DNA from: Vitrella brassicaformis CCMP3155
Lineage: Eukaryota > Protista > Chromerida
Assembly (NCBI GenBank): GCA_001179505.1
Contig: CDMY01000363.1
Coordinates: forward strand, 36,108-100,107
Reading direction: 5' to 3'
DNA length: 64,000 nucleotides
Numbering within the stretch: the stretch's first letter is position 1; every line of letters starts with the position of its first letter. This document shows positions 24,001 to 36,799 of the stretch, piece by piece. The notes under the pieces were generated by a model. That model made no database searches. It was not told where the DNA came from and was given only the letters and a program-made list of their open reading frames with translations. Both the position numbers and the translations under genes were made by a program.

Positions 24001-27000
24001 TATCACAAGTGGCGCCCATCGGCTTTGAGGCGCCCATGGCCGCCCCTCCGGCCAAGCTGCCCTCCGTCCTTGCGAAGACGTTTCCATCCAGAGTTATGCA
24101 TCTTGACGTTATCTGCGGACAGAGGTACTCACCGCCACTCACCGACTTGGAACAACTGATCCTCTGACTCGATGACCCTTGTTGTTCCAATTCCCCAGGA
24201 CGTCGCCAGCTGAGGAGCTGATTCGGAACGTCGGCGGTGCAAGGTCGATGGTCTACGCCACCAGAGAGCCGTGCACTGGCAAGACAAGAACGGTGCTGTT
24301 TGAGTGCGCAGCGGAGAACGAGGCCTTTTGCACCATCACACTCAACCATGACGTTGATCCGTCGACGCTGCACACTGCCTTCCGGCGGGTCGAGGAGGAG
24401 CGGACTCGGGTGGAGATGTTCAGCAAGAACAGAACGGCTGTGGGGTTCCATCTATCGGTGTCCCCGTCAACCAATGGCATGGATCTGAACAACGTACTAT
24501 CTCAGCTCGTCTTTGTCGGCCGTCTGGTGACCCCTGGTGGTGACGTCATCCGCATGAGGGAAGGCGACCGACTGCACGTCGAACTGCCGTCAAATGGCGT
24601 CGATGTGAATGCGACCATCGCCCACCTTCCAATCTGTCGTCTGCTTCCGCACCATGCTGTGACGCCCCATCTCGAGGCCAAGATGCCCCTTCTCCTGCCC
24701 GTGATGGATGACTGCCAGATGCTCTACAGGGTGAGGGAGGCTGCAGACACCGCAATGCTCGAGAGTGCGAGGATGCTTCGTGGCTTCCTCGATACACTTC
24801 CCACTCGCGCGCTGCCGTCCACCTCCCAGCTGGAGCAGGTAAGGATGGGGAGCACAATGGAGCTGCTCATCTTCACTCATGAGTTGTTGTATTTTTCCCT
24901 CGATTAGATGGCGGCAGAGGACGTCGATGCCACCATTACTGAGGTGCTCCGGCCTCAAACAAGACTGCAGCTTTACGGCAGAGATGTGGCGGATGGTATA
25001 GGTAACGAACCTCGCCTGCTCGAGAAGGTCCGGCTCGTCAAGTTCATCAGTCCAGCCCTCCGCTCCATCATGGCCTTCGACACGCATATCGCGAGCGCGA
25101 TTGACGCAGGAGAGCAGAAGCTGGTCAGCATGTTCAAGCATCTGCTCGCGAATCTGATGCTGCGGAGCGCGATCGATGTCGCCGCGGCAGCAGTGGAGCC
25201 CCCGCCGGGCCTGTCCAGCACCGAGGACGGCTACATCAGGCGGTTTGACCGGATGATGACCTTCCAAGGGTCGCATCTCTTCTTCGTCATTCACCACAAG
25301 GACAGTGACGGCACCCCACATTACAACCCCATCGGTCTGCATCAGGAGGGCCAGTCGCTGCTGGCGTCAATCCTGGCAGAGTACCCGCAGGGTCTCAAGG
25401 GCACACAGTATCTGGTGGCGTGGATGAGGGACAACCTTCGCTTCAGCCCTCAGGATAGCGAGGCCGTGGAGCGTGAGACGCTCGTGAGTGTTGACAAGGG
25501 ACGGCGACGCATCTGGTAAGGAGGGAGCTGAAGAACGAACAAATCACAAGAACTTGCCTAACACGCCTTCCTCTCCGTCGACACTGCTCAGGGAGTTGTT
25601 TCATGCACCGACACATCTTCGTCTGCTCGACAGCCTGACGGCCCTCGAAGAGCTGCAGAGAAAAACAGCAGTAAGGAAGGATGACAGGGCAATTCAGCGG
25701 GCTTACGAGACAGCCAGGGAGGCCTATGAGGACTTGGTTATGGGCGAAGTCCTCATAGGCCTGGAGGATGAGGACGACATGCCGACCTTCGAGAGCATCA
25801 CGGACAGCGGTATCGTCAAGCGGTTCCTCATGAAACATGCGATGCTTCCCGAGGTGACAGTGACGCTGGAGAACTTGGTCAGGCTGATATCCGTGGAGAT
25901 GCGCATGAAGGCAAGGATGCCTGTCATTCTGCAAGGTACACCACAAAGGCAGGCAGGCAGGCAGGCAGGTAGGTGGCAAAAAAATGTTGTACGGATGCAG
26001 GTGAGACTGGTTGTGGCAAGACACAGTTGGTGCAGTTCCTCTCCAGAATGCTGGGCGCGTCGTTCTTCGCTGTCAATGTCCATGGCGGCATGAAGGCTGC
26101 CGACTTCGAGGAATACCTCCGGCCGGCCATCGAGGCAGCGAGAAACGCCTCAGCTGCCAAGAAAGTGTGTCAAGCGAGCCATGACATGGAAGGGCAAGAG
26201 TGTGCGCCTCATCGAGTGTGTCCTCTTTGCGCTTTCGTGCTCAGGTGTATGTGTTGCTTGACGAGGCCAACTCCAGCAGTGACGTGTGGTCCATCAAGAG
26301 GCGGTGGTCGATGGTTTCCTCAACGGCGTCCGCATCCCCGAGTCGATCGCCTTCATCTGCTGCATCAACCCCACACGCGCGAAGCGCACCACACTGGCCG
26401 AGCATGAGAGTGCTGGTTTGGACTTGGAGCTGATGCGCTTCGGAGAGGACGTTGCGTCACCAAATGGGGCATCACTTCATCGACAAGGAATCAGCCCGTT
26501 CGCTGGACTGGCATACCCCGTGTACGCTCAAAAAGGAAGGGGGAGGCTGGACTGATCGCCATTCATGGCTCTCTGTGTGGTCAGGTACCGTCTGGACGAG
26601 AGCATGATTTCCTACGTGTGGGACTTCGGCAGTCCGGCTGAGAACGTCCTTCAGCCCGCTGCAGCTGAGGCTGCATGCCACCGCCGCACTCTCTTTCTGG
26701 ACAAGTGCATGGTCACTGACGAGTCGCTGTACGCAGAGGCCATATGCGCCTACTCACCCGTGGAGAAGAAGCTGCGGTGGGTGTCAACGATGAAGATGCA
26801 CGTCAGCGACTCGCTGTCCATCGTTGTTGTCCTCCTCTCAGGTCCGATGCTGCATTTCTGGATGAGCTACGCGCATTTGGAGGGACCGAAACATACTGGC
26901 GGCACCTCCGCACACTGATTGTTGCCCTCGGTACGCCACAACGGCTAGACACAGCCGCGAAGCGATATCTGTGGTGCGTGTGGCGCAGTGTCGCAAGCCC

Positions 27001-30000
27001 AGTACTTCGTCCGTCACGATATCTACAAAGGCGACACGAGCGCAGTGTCCCTTCGCGACATCCGCCGATGCATCGACATGATCCCCGTCATTCTGGACCT
27101 CATTGACAAGAAAGCTCAGTCCAAGGTGGCCAAGACAGTCGAGACGGGCGGGACGAGGGCCATGAAGGTGTCGGCGGCACTCCAGACATCCCTCACCATC
27201 TGTAAGCACGTCCACGGCTGAGCGGGCAGCAGCAGCAACTTGTCTATTCGTCTTGTTTTGTGCTTTGTAGGCTATGCATTGCGTCTGCCGCGCGAGAGGA
27301 GGCCAGAGTTTGCGGCTGAGATGACCAAGACGTGGGAAAGTGTCCGCGGCCACTTTGAGAACACCAACGAGGGCTTCTTCCCGGTGCCCAACACCGAGCA
27401 CTTCGAGGCGCCCTTCTTTGAGTTGGCTGAGTTTGTTGCTGACCAGCTGATTCGCCCGTCGGGCATCGCCCTCAACCACATGCTGCTCGAGAACACGCTC
27501 ACCCTGCTAGTGGCCATCATCACAAAGACAGCCATCTTCCTTGTGGTCAGCAACGAGAGGGAACGGCACAGAAGAGGCAGCTGCATTCGGACGGCCTCTG
27601 TTTGTTCAGGGCAAGCCAGGCACGTCCAAGTCGTTATCAATGGAGCTATTATCGGCCTCGATGTCCGATCGCGAGCATCCCTTCTGGTCCCTCCTTCCAT
27701 CGGTGACCAAGAAGACGGTCCAGTGCTCCCCCCTCACCACGCCACATGCCATCCTCCAGGCGGCCAACCATGCTGCCAAGGTCCAACTGCGCGAGTTACA
27801 ATCCGACTCGGAGCACACGGCCGTGCTGGTGCTGGAGGAGATCGGAGGTGGGTGCAACACATGGTGCAAAAGGTCTGTCTTGGCATCTCATGGTCGTTCT
27901 GTGTGTCCTGTCCTCTGGTCTCTTGTAGAGACTGTGTTGTCGCCACACAATCCCTTGATGACCCTACACGGCCTGATCGACCATGGTGGATGAAAAGGTT
28001 GGTCACTATGCAGCATCTATTCGTCTTTGCTGGTCGTGTACAGGCGTCAATGTGGACGGCAAGAGCGTCAAAATAGCCATTGTCGCCATCTCGAAGTGGA
28101 AAATCGATCCCGCTAAGATGAACAGAGGAGTCTTTTTGTTCAGGTGGGTTGCGTCGAGAAGCCAAGGAGAGAGCAGTGTCGACACTGAATGCTACCTCCC
28201 TCTGATGTGCAGGGGCACTCCATCTGCGTCCGACCTCTCCGAGACCGCCTTCTCCATCATCTCGTCGTCAACCTCATCCCACCAGCTGGAACTCTACGAC
28301 CGGCGAAGCGAGTCCCATTCACGCGTCGACGAGGGTAGGGCTCTGCACTTTGACTCCACTTCTTGTTACATCCCCACCTGACTTTGTTGCTTTTCGTCAG
28401 TTGGGTTCGTTGCGATCAATGAGGAGTTGCGTGAGAGTGTTGCGGCCCTTTCGTCCATACTCGAACTGAAGTTCAACGATCGAGAGGTGACGCCCTGACC
28501 GTACACCAAAAAACGACTCCTTGACCTGACGGTTTTGTCTTGTTTCATCCTCAATGCAGTACAATTGGTACTACGGCAGCCGCGATATGTACGCACTGCT
28601 GACCTTTCTTCACGGGAGCCTCTCGTCGCCCCCCGGCGGTACTGGAGTGGTGCCTCTCGATCTCCACCTAGCGCAGTGGGCCATCGAGCGGGCCTTCGGG
28701 GAGATCCCTGAGTGTGACGGCGTCCCGCAGCCCAAGGACAAGGGCGTCCTGCTCCAGAGCCTGACCAAGGCATTAGCCAGTGGCAAGACCCGTCGCGAGC
28801 AGCCCGCAGCATGGCAACATTGCGCCACCAAGGTGGTCTACTGCAACAGCTGTGCAACGGCGCTTCACCAGCTGGAGCGGCGACGTGAGTGGGCCGGCCG
28901 CAGCCAGGATGACGAGACTGAGCGATCGGAGGCGGAGAGTTTCCTCGAGCGATTCACGCGTCTCCGCACTCCGAATCAGACGTGTAAAGGGGGCCCGACT
29001 ATGGTCAGCCGCATCGCTTGGAACCTCAATGACGAGAAGGCGCGCCACCTCCTGCTCATCACGGACGGAGCGGCAGGTCATCTGCTGCTCTTTCAACTGG
29101 GCCTGGCGCACTTCGAGTCGACCAAGATCATCATCGGGTCGCAGAGCTCGGACGACGCAGCGCTGCTTCAGGATCTGCAGAAGATTCAGCTGGCGATGCG
29201 GACGGGTCAGCTGGTGGTGCTCGTCAACTGCTTTTTGATCTTCAGCAGTCTGCTGGACATGCTCAACCAGCACTACAAGGTTGAAGCGGGCCGGCGACTT
29301 GCCCGTTTGTCCATGCACTCGCACTCGCGGTACTTTCCCGTCCACCGGTCGTTCCGTTGTGTGGTGGTGTGCGATCGGGCTGACCTTAAGCGCCTCACGC
29401 CACCTTTCCTCAACCGATTTGAGAAGGTACAACACATGCAAGGCACACGCACACCAATGCTGCCAGACATTGCTGTTGGTGCCTATTCGTCAGGTTGAAT
29501 TGACCATGCAGAAGGCCCTGACACTGCCACACGATTGGCTGATGAAGGAGCTGCAACACAGGCTGATCTTACGCAGCAGTGGTGAGGCCCTACATCTCGG
29601 CGAGATCATTCTCCCAGGCTTCGACGCTGCCAACACCCTCCAGTCGCTCGTCCTCTCAGTGCTGTCTGTGGCTGACGCAGACCAGCAGAGCGAAAAGGAC
29701 AGACTGATGACGATTGCTATGAGTCGCCTGGTCTGGGCTGCCCGCACATGCGCGATGCTGGAGATGATGACCGGACGCATCGAGTTGCTCCAGAGAATGA
29801 CTCGCGATTCTAGGACAGTGGTGCACATCAAGGACAGACTTTTGGAGACCTACTTCAGTTGGCAAGTCCACGATTCCCTCACTGATGTCCAACTGCGAGG
29901 CCTCCAAATCCTTCTCGGTAGGTCACCACTTGATGAATAGCGGGTGGCGTCTGTTGTCACACAAACATGAATCATATTTGTGTGTGCTGGTCGCAGGCGA

Positions 30001-33000
30001 CAAGACGTGGGCTGCTGGGCAGGACGATGATGACGACCTGTGGGCCGAGGAGAATGTGCCATGGGGGGACTCCACCGGCCTTCAGCTGTGTGTCCTGACC
30101 GAGCAGAGCCATCGGCTGTGGAGCGCCAAGTCCCTCAAGGGATACTTCAGTGCAGGACAGTCTGACCAGGCGTCGAGCGTCGAGAGGCGATTCTTCACAT
30201 TGGATGGCAGCGACGCCATGGCTGCACTTGAAGATGAGCTCGACGCCCTCTTCAGTCCAAAGACCGAGAGCTCTTACCTCTATGTCCTCTGCGATCAGGC
30301 GGCCGTGCCGGAATCGACCGTCCGCCACGCACTGTTTTGGGCGAGTGAGAAGAGGAAGGCATTCAAGGCGAGACTGGCTGCCGAGGAGACTTCAGGAGAG
30401 GCGGTCGACGTCCCCACAGCCAATCGTCATCTCATCTTCATTTCTCAACAGCAGGGCCATAGTCTTGTCTTCACTGCTGATTGGCATGTGGTGTATTGCG
30501 ACGAAGTGCTGCCGACAGAGCCACTGCGAAAGGCCTGTCCGTCCCTGCGCGATTTCCTCGACCGTCCAGCCTTCCCTCGGTCCGTGTCGCAAGAGACGAG
30601 GGAGGAGGGTGCTTATGGAGAAGCCGCAGCGCCAGACCCCGACAGACCACGACCAATCGATGAGGACGTCTCGCCCCTCGTTTCTCTGTCCCGCGACGTG
30701 CCGCGCGACTCTCTTAGCCTCTCGATGATGATTCAGGGTGAGATCGGTCTTGTGGTGTCGTCGCTTTACTACCCGTCCGACAAAGAATCTGGACAGCAGA
30801 CGCGGTCGCGGTCAGTCGACATCCTGAAGGCGAGGCTCGACAGGCTGGTAGGTCTTCTACAGCTTACCAGCGGCCCAATGGATGCCGTCCTGCAGCGATG
30901 TGTGGAGGAGCTAGCTCATCACAGCGTCTTCCACACAACTGCCAGCTGGCTCGACGAGGCGCAGAAGATGGCAGTGCCCTCAAAGAGCACCCGAGGCTGG
31001 CTCTTTTCGTATTTGCGGCATGCCTGTGTGACCACATTTGTGAATGTCGTGGCCTTTGTGGATCGCCACAGCAATCTCGACCTCCTGGTGCACCAAGAGA
31101 CGCGGGAGATGTGGATGGACCTGTTCCGCTGCCCTGCGATCTCGGGCTCTGCACAGGTACGTGCAGCACGGATGGAGCGTGCACGTGGCGCCATGCATAT
31201 TGTGCATTATGCATGTTTTCCACTTTTCAGGCTGCCACTTTCGCCAAGGACATCGTGAAGCCCCCAGGCACACAGTTTGTGTCAGTGGAGAACCCCACGA
31301 TGCCCACCGCCGATGGTGATGAGCACGAGACGACGCATCCCACTCGACAGCTGGGCCTTGGTGGTGGTGCCGCCTTCAACTCGCATTACTCTGTGGAGTT
31401 CCCCTTTTCGTGGCTCATCGCACCCGTCGTGCGTGCACAAATGGATGTGATGGAGAGAGGAGCCAACCGTCGCAAGCGCCTCAGGTGACTGATGGCACAA
31501 GCCCATGGTGCAGACAGGATCCTGTGACTGATTGTCCCTCGTGTGTGGGTATGCAGTGATTTGACCCACCTTTCCTTCCCAATGCTGACCGACCTGCCCG
31601 TGCAGCTGTGTGTGCGATATGTGCGGGACGTCCTGTCGAATGTGCTACATCTCGGAGCGAAAGAAGAGACGCTCAAGACGGCACTCGTGTGGCTTGTTTG
31701 GGCGCTCCAATGCCCTGGAGGTGATGGCAATGAAGAAGAGCTCGCGGGCTTGAGATACATCGATGTTCATCTTGCCTTGTGGTAAGCCAGGCAGACTGTA
31801 GCATATGTCTACACTGATGCTGGTTGGATCCTTTGTACACAGGATCCACGATCGCCTCTTTTTGGACATCGTCAAGCTTGCACGAGAGCTCAAGGAAGCC
31901 GCCGTCAAGAGGAGTCTCCAGCAGGGGCAACGGGCAGCTCACGAGCTGAATGCAGCGTCTGACAAGGAGCTTCCGACCTCGGCTCAGGTGTTTGTCAACC
32001 TTCTGGGCTGCGAGGCTGTTGCGGCGACCTTTCAATCCATCACGGCCAGCACCGGCCAGTCATATGGCCTCCTTGATCAGGAGTTCCCCCTCAGCTACGA
32101 CGGCCTCATGCGCGCCTGGTCGAGCCCCTTTGACGCGCCCCTGCAGGACGACAATTCCGTGTCTGAGGCAGAGAGCTCATCTGCCGCGTTCTCTATGGCT
32201 GCGAGGCTGCCGAGTGATCTGCAGTGGCTCAGTGTCCTTTCCCAGACATGGCAGAGCCTCAAGGGGCACGCCCAAGGCGCCCGCGCCATCGCACAAGCGA
32301 TTGCACGTGCCTTCAAGAAGAAGGTGGAGGAGCTGCGATGCACCAGGCAACATTCCAACTTCGGGGAGCAGTTTTACTTCGTGGTCGACCTTGTGGCGCA
32401 CGTTGCGGCCTCTGCTGACGACACTAGTGAGTTTGACGAGAGCCAGAGGCTCGCCGACAGCTCCTCCCTGCTGCTGGTGAGAGCTTGTCGAGCCCACCTG
32501 TCTGGACTTCGCAGCCTTCCAGACGAGGATCGTGTCGGGGTGCTGCCCCAGGTGCTGCATTCTGCGCTCGACATCCTTCTAGCCCGCCAGGAGCCCTTCC
32601 GCGACGAGTGGCGTGGATTGCCTTTCGAAGGAGCCCACGCAGTGCCAGTCAACTCAGCGGTCGCCGCTAGCCTCTTGGGCGCCTTCTTTGAGATGATGAA
32701 GGACTGTTCTCATGACCGTGGCAGCCTGGCCATAGTGGATGAGATGCTGTCGTGTGAGATTGACAAGGAGGCCAACTCAGACGATGACAGCTTTGCCGTA
32801 CTGCTGGTGGTGAGCGGCATCACACACACCATTCCTATTGGCGTGCATGTGTATATGTGGTGTGTGTGTGCGTGTGTGTGTGCGTGTCAGCAATGTCGGA
32901 TTGACTGGCTCCATGCCCAAGAGACAAGCGCATCACTGCCCGGCCTGCTGCAACAGCTTCCAGATTTGCTCCTTACGGCGGCGCCGCTTTCATCATCTGC

Positions 33001-36000
33001 GGCCACGCACCCGCCTCAAAGACGAGCGTGCTCTTCCTTTTGGCGGCTGATGGTCTTCGCCCATCTGAAGCTCATCACTCAGCTGGCTGCCAAGGCACTG
33101 AAGGGGATGGTCACCACCAGGCCGCATCGCCAGCAGCCGATTGACCAAGAGGCGCTGCGGAACCTCCTGGATGACCTTTTCGTCCGGCACCTCCGCCCAG
33201 CAGAGAGCCTCACACAACTTGATCTGCAGCGAGACTCCATCATCGCCGCCCTGTCTTTCGTTGCCTTCCAATGCAATGCGCCTGCGTGTCGGCACTCGCT
33301 CGTCATTCACATCCTTCGTTCGCTCAGCAACGGCGGGACGGACCTCCAGGGGGCCCGAAGGATTCTCAAGAGGGCGTCGGAGAGGCTGGACAACCCGGGA
33401 ATCACCCGCACAGGGGCTGCGAGGCTCTTCCTGACCCCATCGGACTCCAAGAAGGCCAGCATGTTTGCCCTCCAGCCGTGCTTCGTTGCTGCCCGACGCA
33501 CGCTGATGGAGTTCGTCAGTGGCGTGCTGCCCATGCCCCATGTGGTGGCGCGACTGATGGGGGCACCAGACGGACGGCATACCAACCGGTACAGCCAGGT
33601 ATTCGGCGCAGTCCTTGCGGCAGTGGACCTTTACATTGCTGAATGCCGCCATGAGCAGCAGCAGCAGCAGCAGGACGACGTTGCGGCAGAGCGGCCTCGT
33701 TTGGATGCTTTGGAGGATCTCGTGCTCAACCACCTGCACGCGCAGCAGCTCCAGGGCCCCCACGCCAGGGCGTTCATCCATCGGTTGCTGAACCGCCAAG
33801 AGCTGCAAGGCCTCATGGCAGGCCCGCTGTGCAGTCTGGAGCAAGCTGGCTGCCTCGAGCCATTTCTGCTCTTCTGTTTGGGTCTGCTGTGTCTGCCGCA
33901 AGAGGCGACGGGGGGAGGGCTGGGGTTCTTCCTGCAACTTTTTGCCCGTCCTGATGATGCGACGACACAGTTTCTGCCTGGAGTGGCCCAGAGCAGGTTC
34001 CACGAGGCCATCCGTGCCTTTCCGCCTGCATTCTGGGTCTACACATGCCCGAAGCGCCATCCTTACGTGACTGGTACGATTGACAACAACAGAGAGGACG
34101 ACAGAGATAAAGGCAGGTGCTCATAGGTCGTTTACTGCTGTTGTGCGTCCATTTGAAGGTGAGTGTCATCACATTTCAAGCCAAGGCACATGTATCGAGC
34201 CCGGCTGCGGGGCGCCGATCGGCGGTCTACGTGGTCAGCTCCAGCCCGGGAATCGGCAGCTTGGGAACGTCCAGTCCGTGCTCGCCAACTGGAACACCTT
34301 CAGCTTCCCCGAGACGAAGGGCTACTTGCCCGAACCGGTGGACCCCACACGCACAGAGCGTAGCCTCCACCCGGCCCTCTTCCGTGTCCTTCGCTTCTGC
34401 CTCTCGTCCACATTTGTCATGGCCTATGCGGGGACCCAGCCTGACCAAGCTGAGCGGCACGCTGAGGCGATCCTGACAGACATTCGAGCATTGAAGAGGT
34501 GCCTGTTTGCCAATGATGTGACAATGGAGAGTACTTCCCTCGCGCTTGTGTCGGCCATCCAGTTGCTGCTGGACCGGAACGGCGGTCAGGCTGTGCCGGC
34601 TGCGGTCCACTGCTGGCCATTGACCAGCCTCGCTCAGCGACAAGCGCTCGAGCGAGCCCTTGTGCAGTCGATTCGGGACGATTTCGTGGGCAGGCAAAAC
34701 GACCTCGTCGCGCAAGGCCAGAGGGCGGTCCAAGACGCTGTCGAAACGCTGACACGCAACGACATAGAGGATGCTGTCCGAGTCGATCTCCAGTACGTGA
34801 ACGCGCAGCTGAACCGCAGCAATGTGGAGCGGCTGATGTATCTGCCTCGGCAAGTCAAGTACTATCCCCCGATGGACCAGCAAGGCTTCTGGCTGTACTT
34901 GGATTCACAGCCAGACACTGAGGGTCAGTTCGGTGTCCTGCAGTGCCTCAAGCGACACGAACAGGAGCTGCAGCTGCTGTGCTACCTTCCAGCTGTTCTG
35001 CGCTTCTTCCACCTGATGCGGGTGCATGCCGACAACCGCATGACGAGCAAGGAGGCAGCGGATCGCACTCTGGACAGCTTCCTTGACGAGATCAAGCAGA
35101 GCATGACAGAAGCCCTGCATCGAGCTGAAATGGAAAGGGCCGTGGAGGACTTCACGAAGGCATGGAAGGGAGTGTGGCCGTACGTCAAGCAGTGGGATTG
35201 CGTCAATTTCGACGATGGCGGCAAGCATGCCGCCATCAAGCGGGACGCGATGACTATGGATCTACACGAGCTGCGCCTATCGATGTTTCTGCCCAGCAAG
35301 CAGGGTCTCGGCATAGCGAGCAAAGCCCTTTACTCAACGCTGGCCATGAAGCAGCGGAGCGTCATCGAAGACCTCAGGAAGAAGATGGACTTTGTGCCTC
35401 TCTCGCTCGAGGCGACGCCATTCAAAGTGACGGAGGACGACCTGCTGATCTTCAGGAGCAGCGAGCATCTCCTCCCCTTCCTGCCACATTACGTCCACAG
35501 GTATTTGGATACGTTCACTTCAGCAGCAGCGATGAATCCCCGCTGCGTCCCTCCTCGTTTTGTTTTTCAGAGACTATAGACTGGAGAGCAGCGGCCCTGT
35601 GGAGTATCGATTCCTCAAGGTGCTGCAATCGGAGGTCATCCAGTGCCTCAGAATCACAGAAAAGGTGGGGAACAACACACTCAACAGTGCACTAACTACG
35701 GCTGCTTGACTTACTGTCCATATCAGCCTATGCTCGCCGCTGAGCTGCCGTCGATTCGTTTCCTTGACACGCTGGAGGGGTCGCTTTTCTCCGACCTGGA
35801 CCGCAGAATCCCACAAGACGCCGCACTGCCCATTGTGGTGCAACGAGTGAGTGCGAAGACAGCTGCACTTCAACTCGATGGATGCGTCTGTCTGCCACGT
35901 TGGTTGGTGTCGTCGCCACGTGTCATCAGGTGTTGAGGGTTGAATTGAGAGATGAGTCAGCTGTTCGCGAGAGCCTCTTCCACTTTGTCCACTTCCTCGC

Positions 36001-36799
36001 CACCATGTGCCTCCAAACAGGAGCACAAGACATGCCCCTGTCCGAGTTCGCCTACTCAAGCGGCGAGAGTGGAGACATCATGCGGACCTTCCTCAACCAA
36101 GACCAGCAAAGGGCGCGCTCTGTGCTGCTGCGGTCCACTGAGCTCCGGTCCCAGCTGCAGCTGAGGCACCTCCGGGCGCTGGCGGCGTCTTTGTGGAGTG
36201 GCAATGTGCATCACAACTATAACCAGGCGCCTGTCCCCGACGAGAAGGCGTTTCTGGACCGTCTGATTGCTGGTCTGTCTGCTGAGGACGAGCGACAGCC
36301 GGCCGTCCAGCCGCTTATCAATACTCTGCGGCAGATCGGCCTCGAGCAGCTGGGCATTGACCGAGTGAGTGCCATGACGCCGTTGGCATTCTTCACCAGC
36401 GACGTCTTCGACCGGGAGCCCTGTCCAGATGTGGCCGATGCGCTCCAAGGGCTGCTCTTGGCTGTCTTTGGGCCCACCCTTCGAGTGCTGGAGGAGCAGC
36501 TCAGCGACGATGCCACCACGGCTGCTCGCGCGATGGGCCGTGATGCAGATGAAGGGGATGACTCGGGTCACACCGGAGGGGAGGGTGTGAATCTTGCTGA
36601 GATGTGGGCGGAGCAGGATGACAAGACCCCTGACACAGCAAGCGAGGTGTCGGTAGCAGTTTCGGCTGCAGTGCCCTCTGTACCGACGCCTCAGCAGCTG
36701 ACAGCTGAGGTGCCACGAGAGGAACACGCGTCGGTGTCTGGTGCACGATGGAGGCCTGCGGGTTTGCTGTCGAGGGCTGATCATGCCACCTTGCAGTGA
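18069..36799 (+). CDS. RNF213: RNF213/mysterin-like giant AAA+ ATPase E3 ubiquitin ligase with RZ finger (about 5,300 codons, about 40 introns); carries an in-frame TGA (23027-23029) and a 1-nt deletion (near 26299), so possibly a recent pseudogene or assembly error
   Basis: RNF213 motifs occur in order: ATREPCTGKT, MPVILQGETGCGKT, LLDEANS, FICCINP, YRLDESMISYVWDFG, VSLRDIRRC, FLVGKPGTSKS, QCSPLTTP, LEEIG, IDPAKMNRG, YGSRDMYAL, LDMLNQHY, PFLNRFEK, and RZ finger YTCPKRHPYVTGECHHISSQGTCIEPGCGAPIGG. Splice phases were traced by hand across the gene. Confidence 0.9.
25945..26023 (+). other. Walker A GETGCGKT of the first canonical AAA module, split by intron 25946-26000
   Basis: CAA G|gtacac...gcag|GT GAG ACT GGT TGT GGC AAG ACA. 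Confidence 0.9.
27610..27633 (+). other. Walker A GKPGTSKS of the second canonical AAA module
   Basis: Translation after intron 27546-27609; corresponds to RNF213 GKPGSSKS. Confidence 0.9.
34040..34225 (+). other. RZ (RNF213-ZNFX1) finger, split by intron 34074-34158
   Basis: The spliced sequence YTCPKRHPYVTG|ECHHISSQGTCIEPGCGAPIGG follows the C-x3-H...GEC...C-x2-4-C-x-A-P-I-G-G pattern. Confidence 0.85.

Noticed and set aside
26285-26305. Programmed -1 ribosomal frameshift in mysterin
   Set aside because: There is no X XXY YYZ slippery heptamer at the switch point; a simple deletion or assembly error is more parsimonious.
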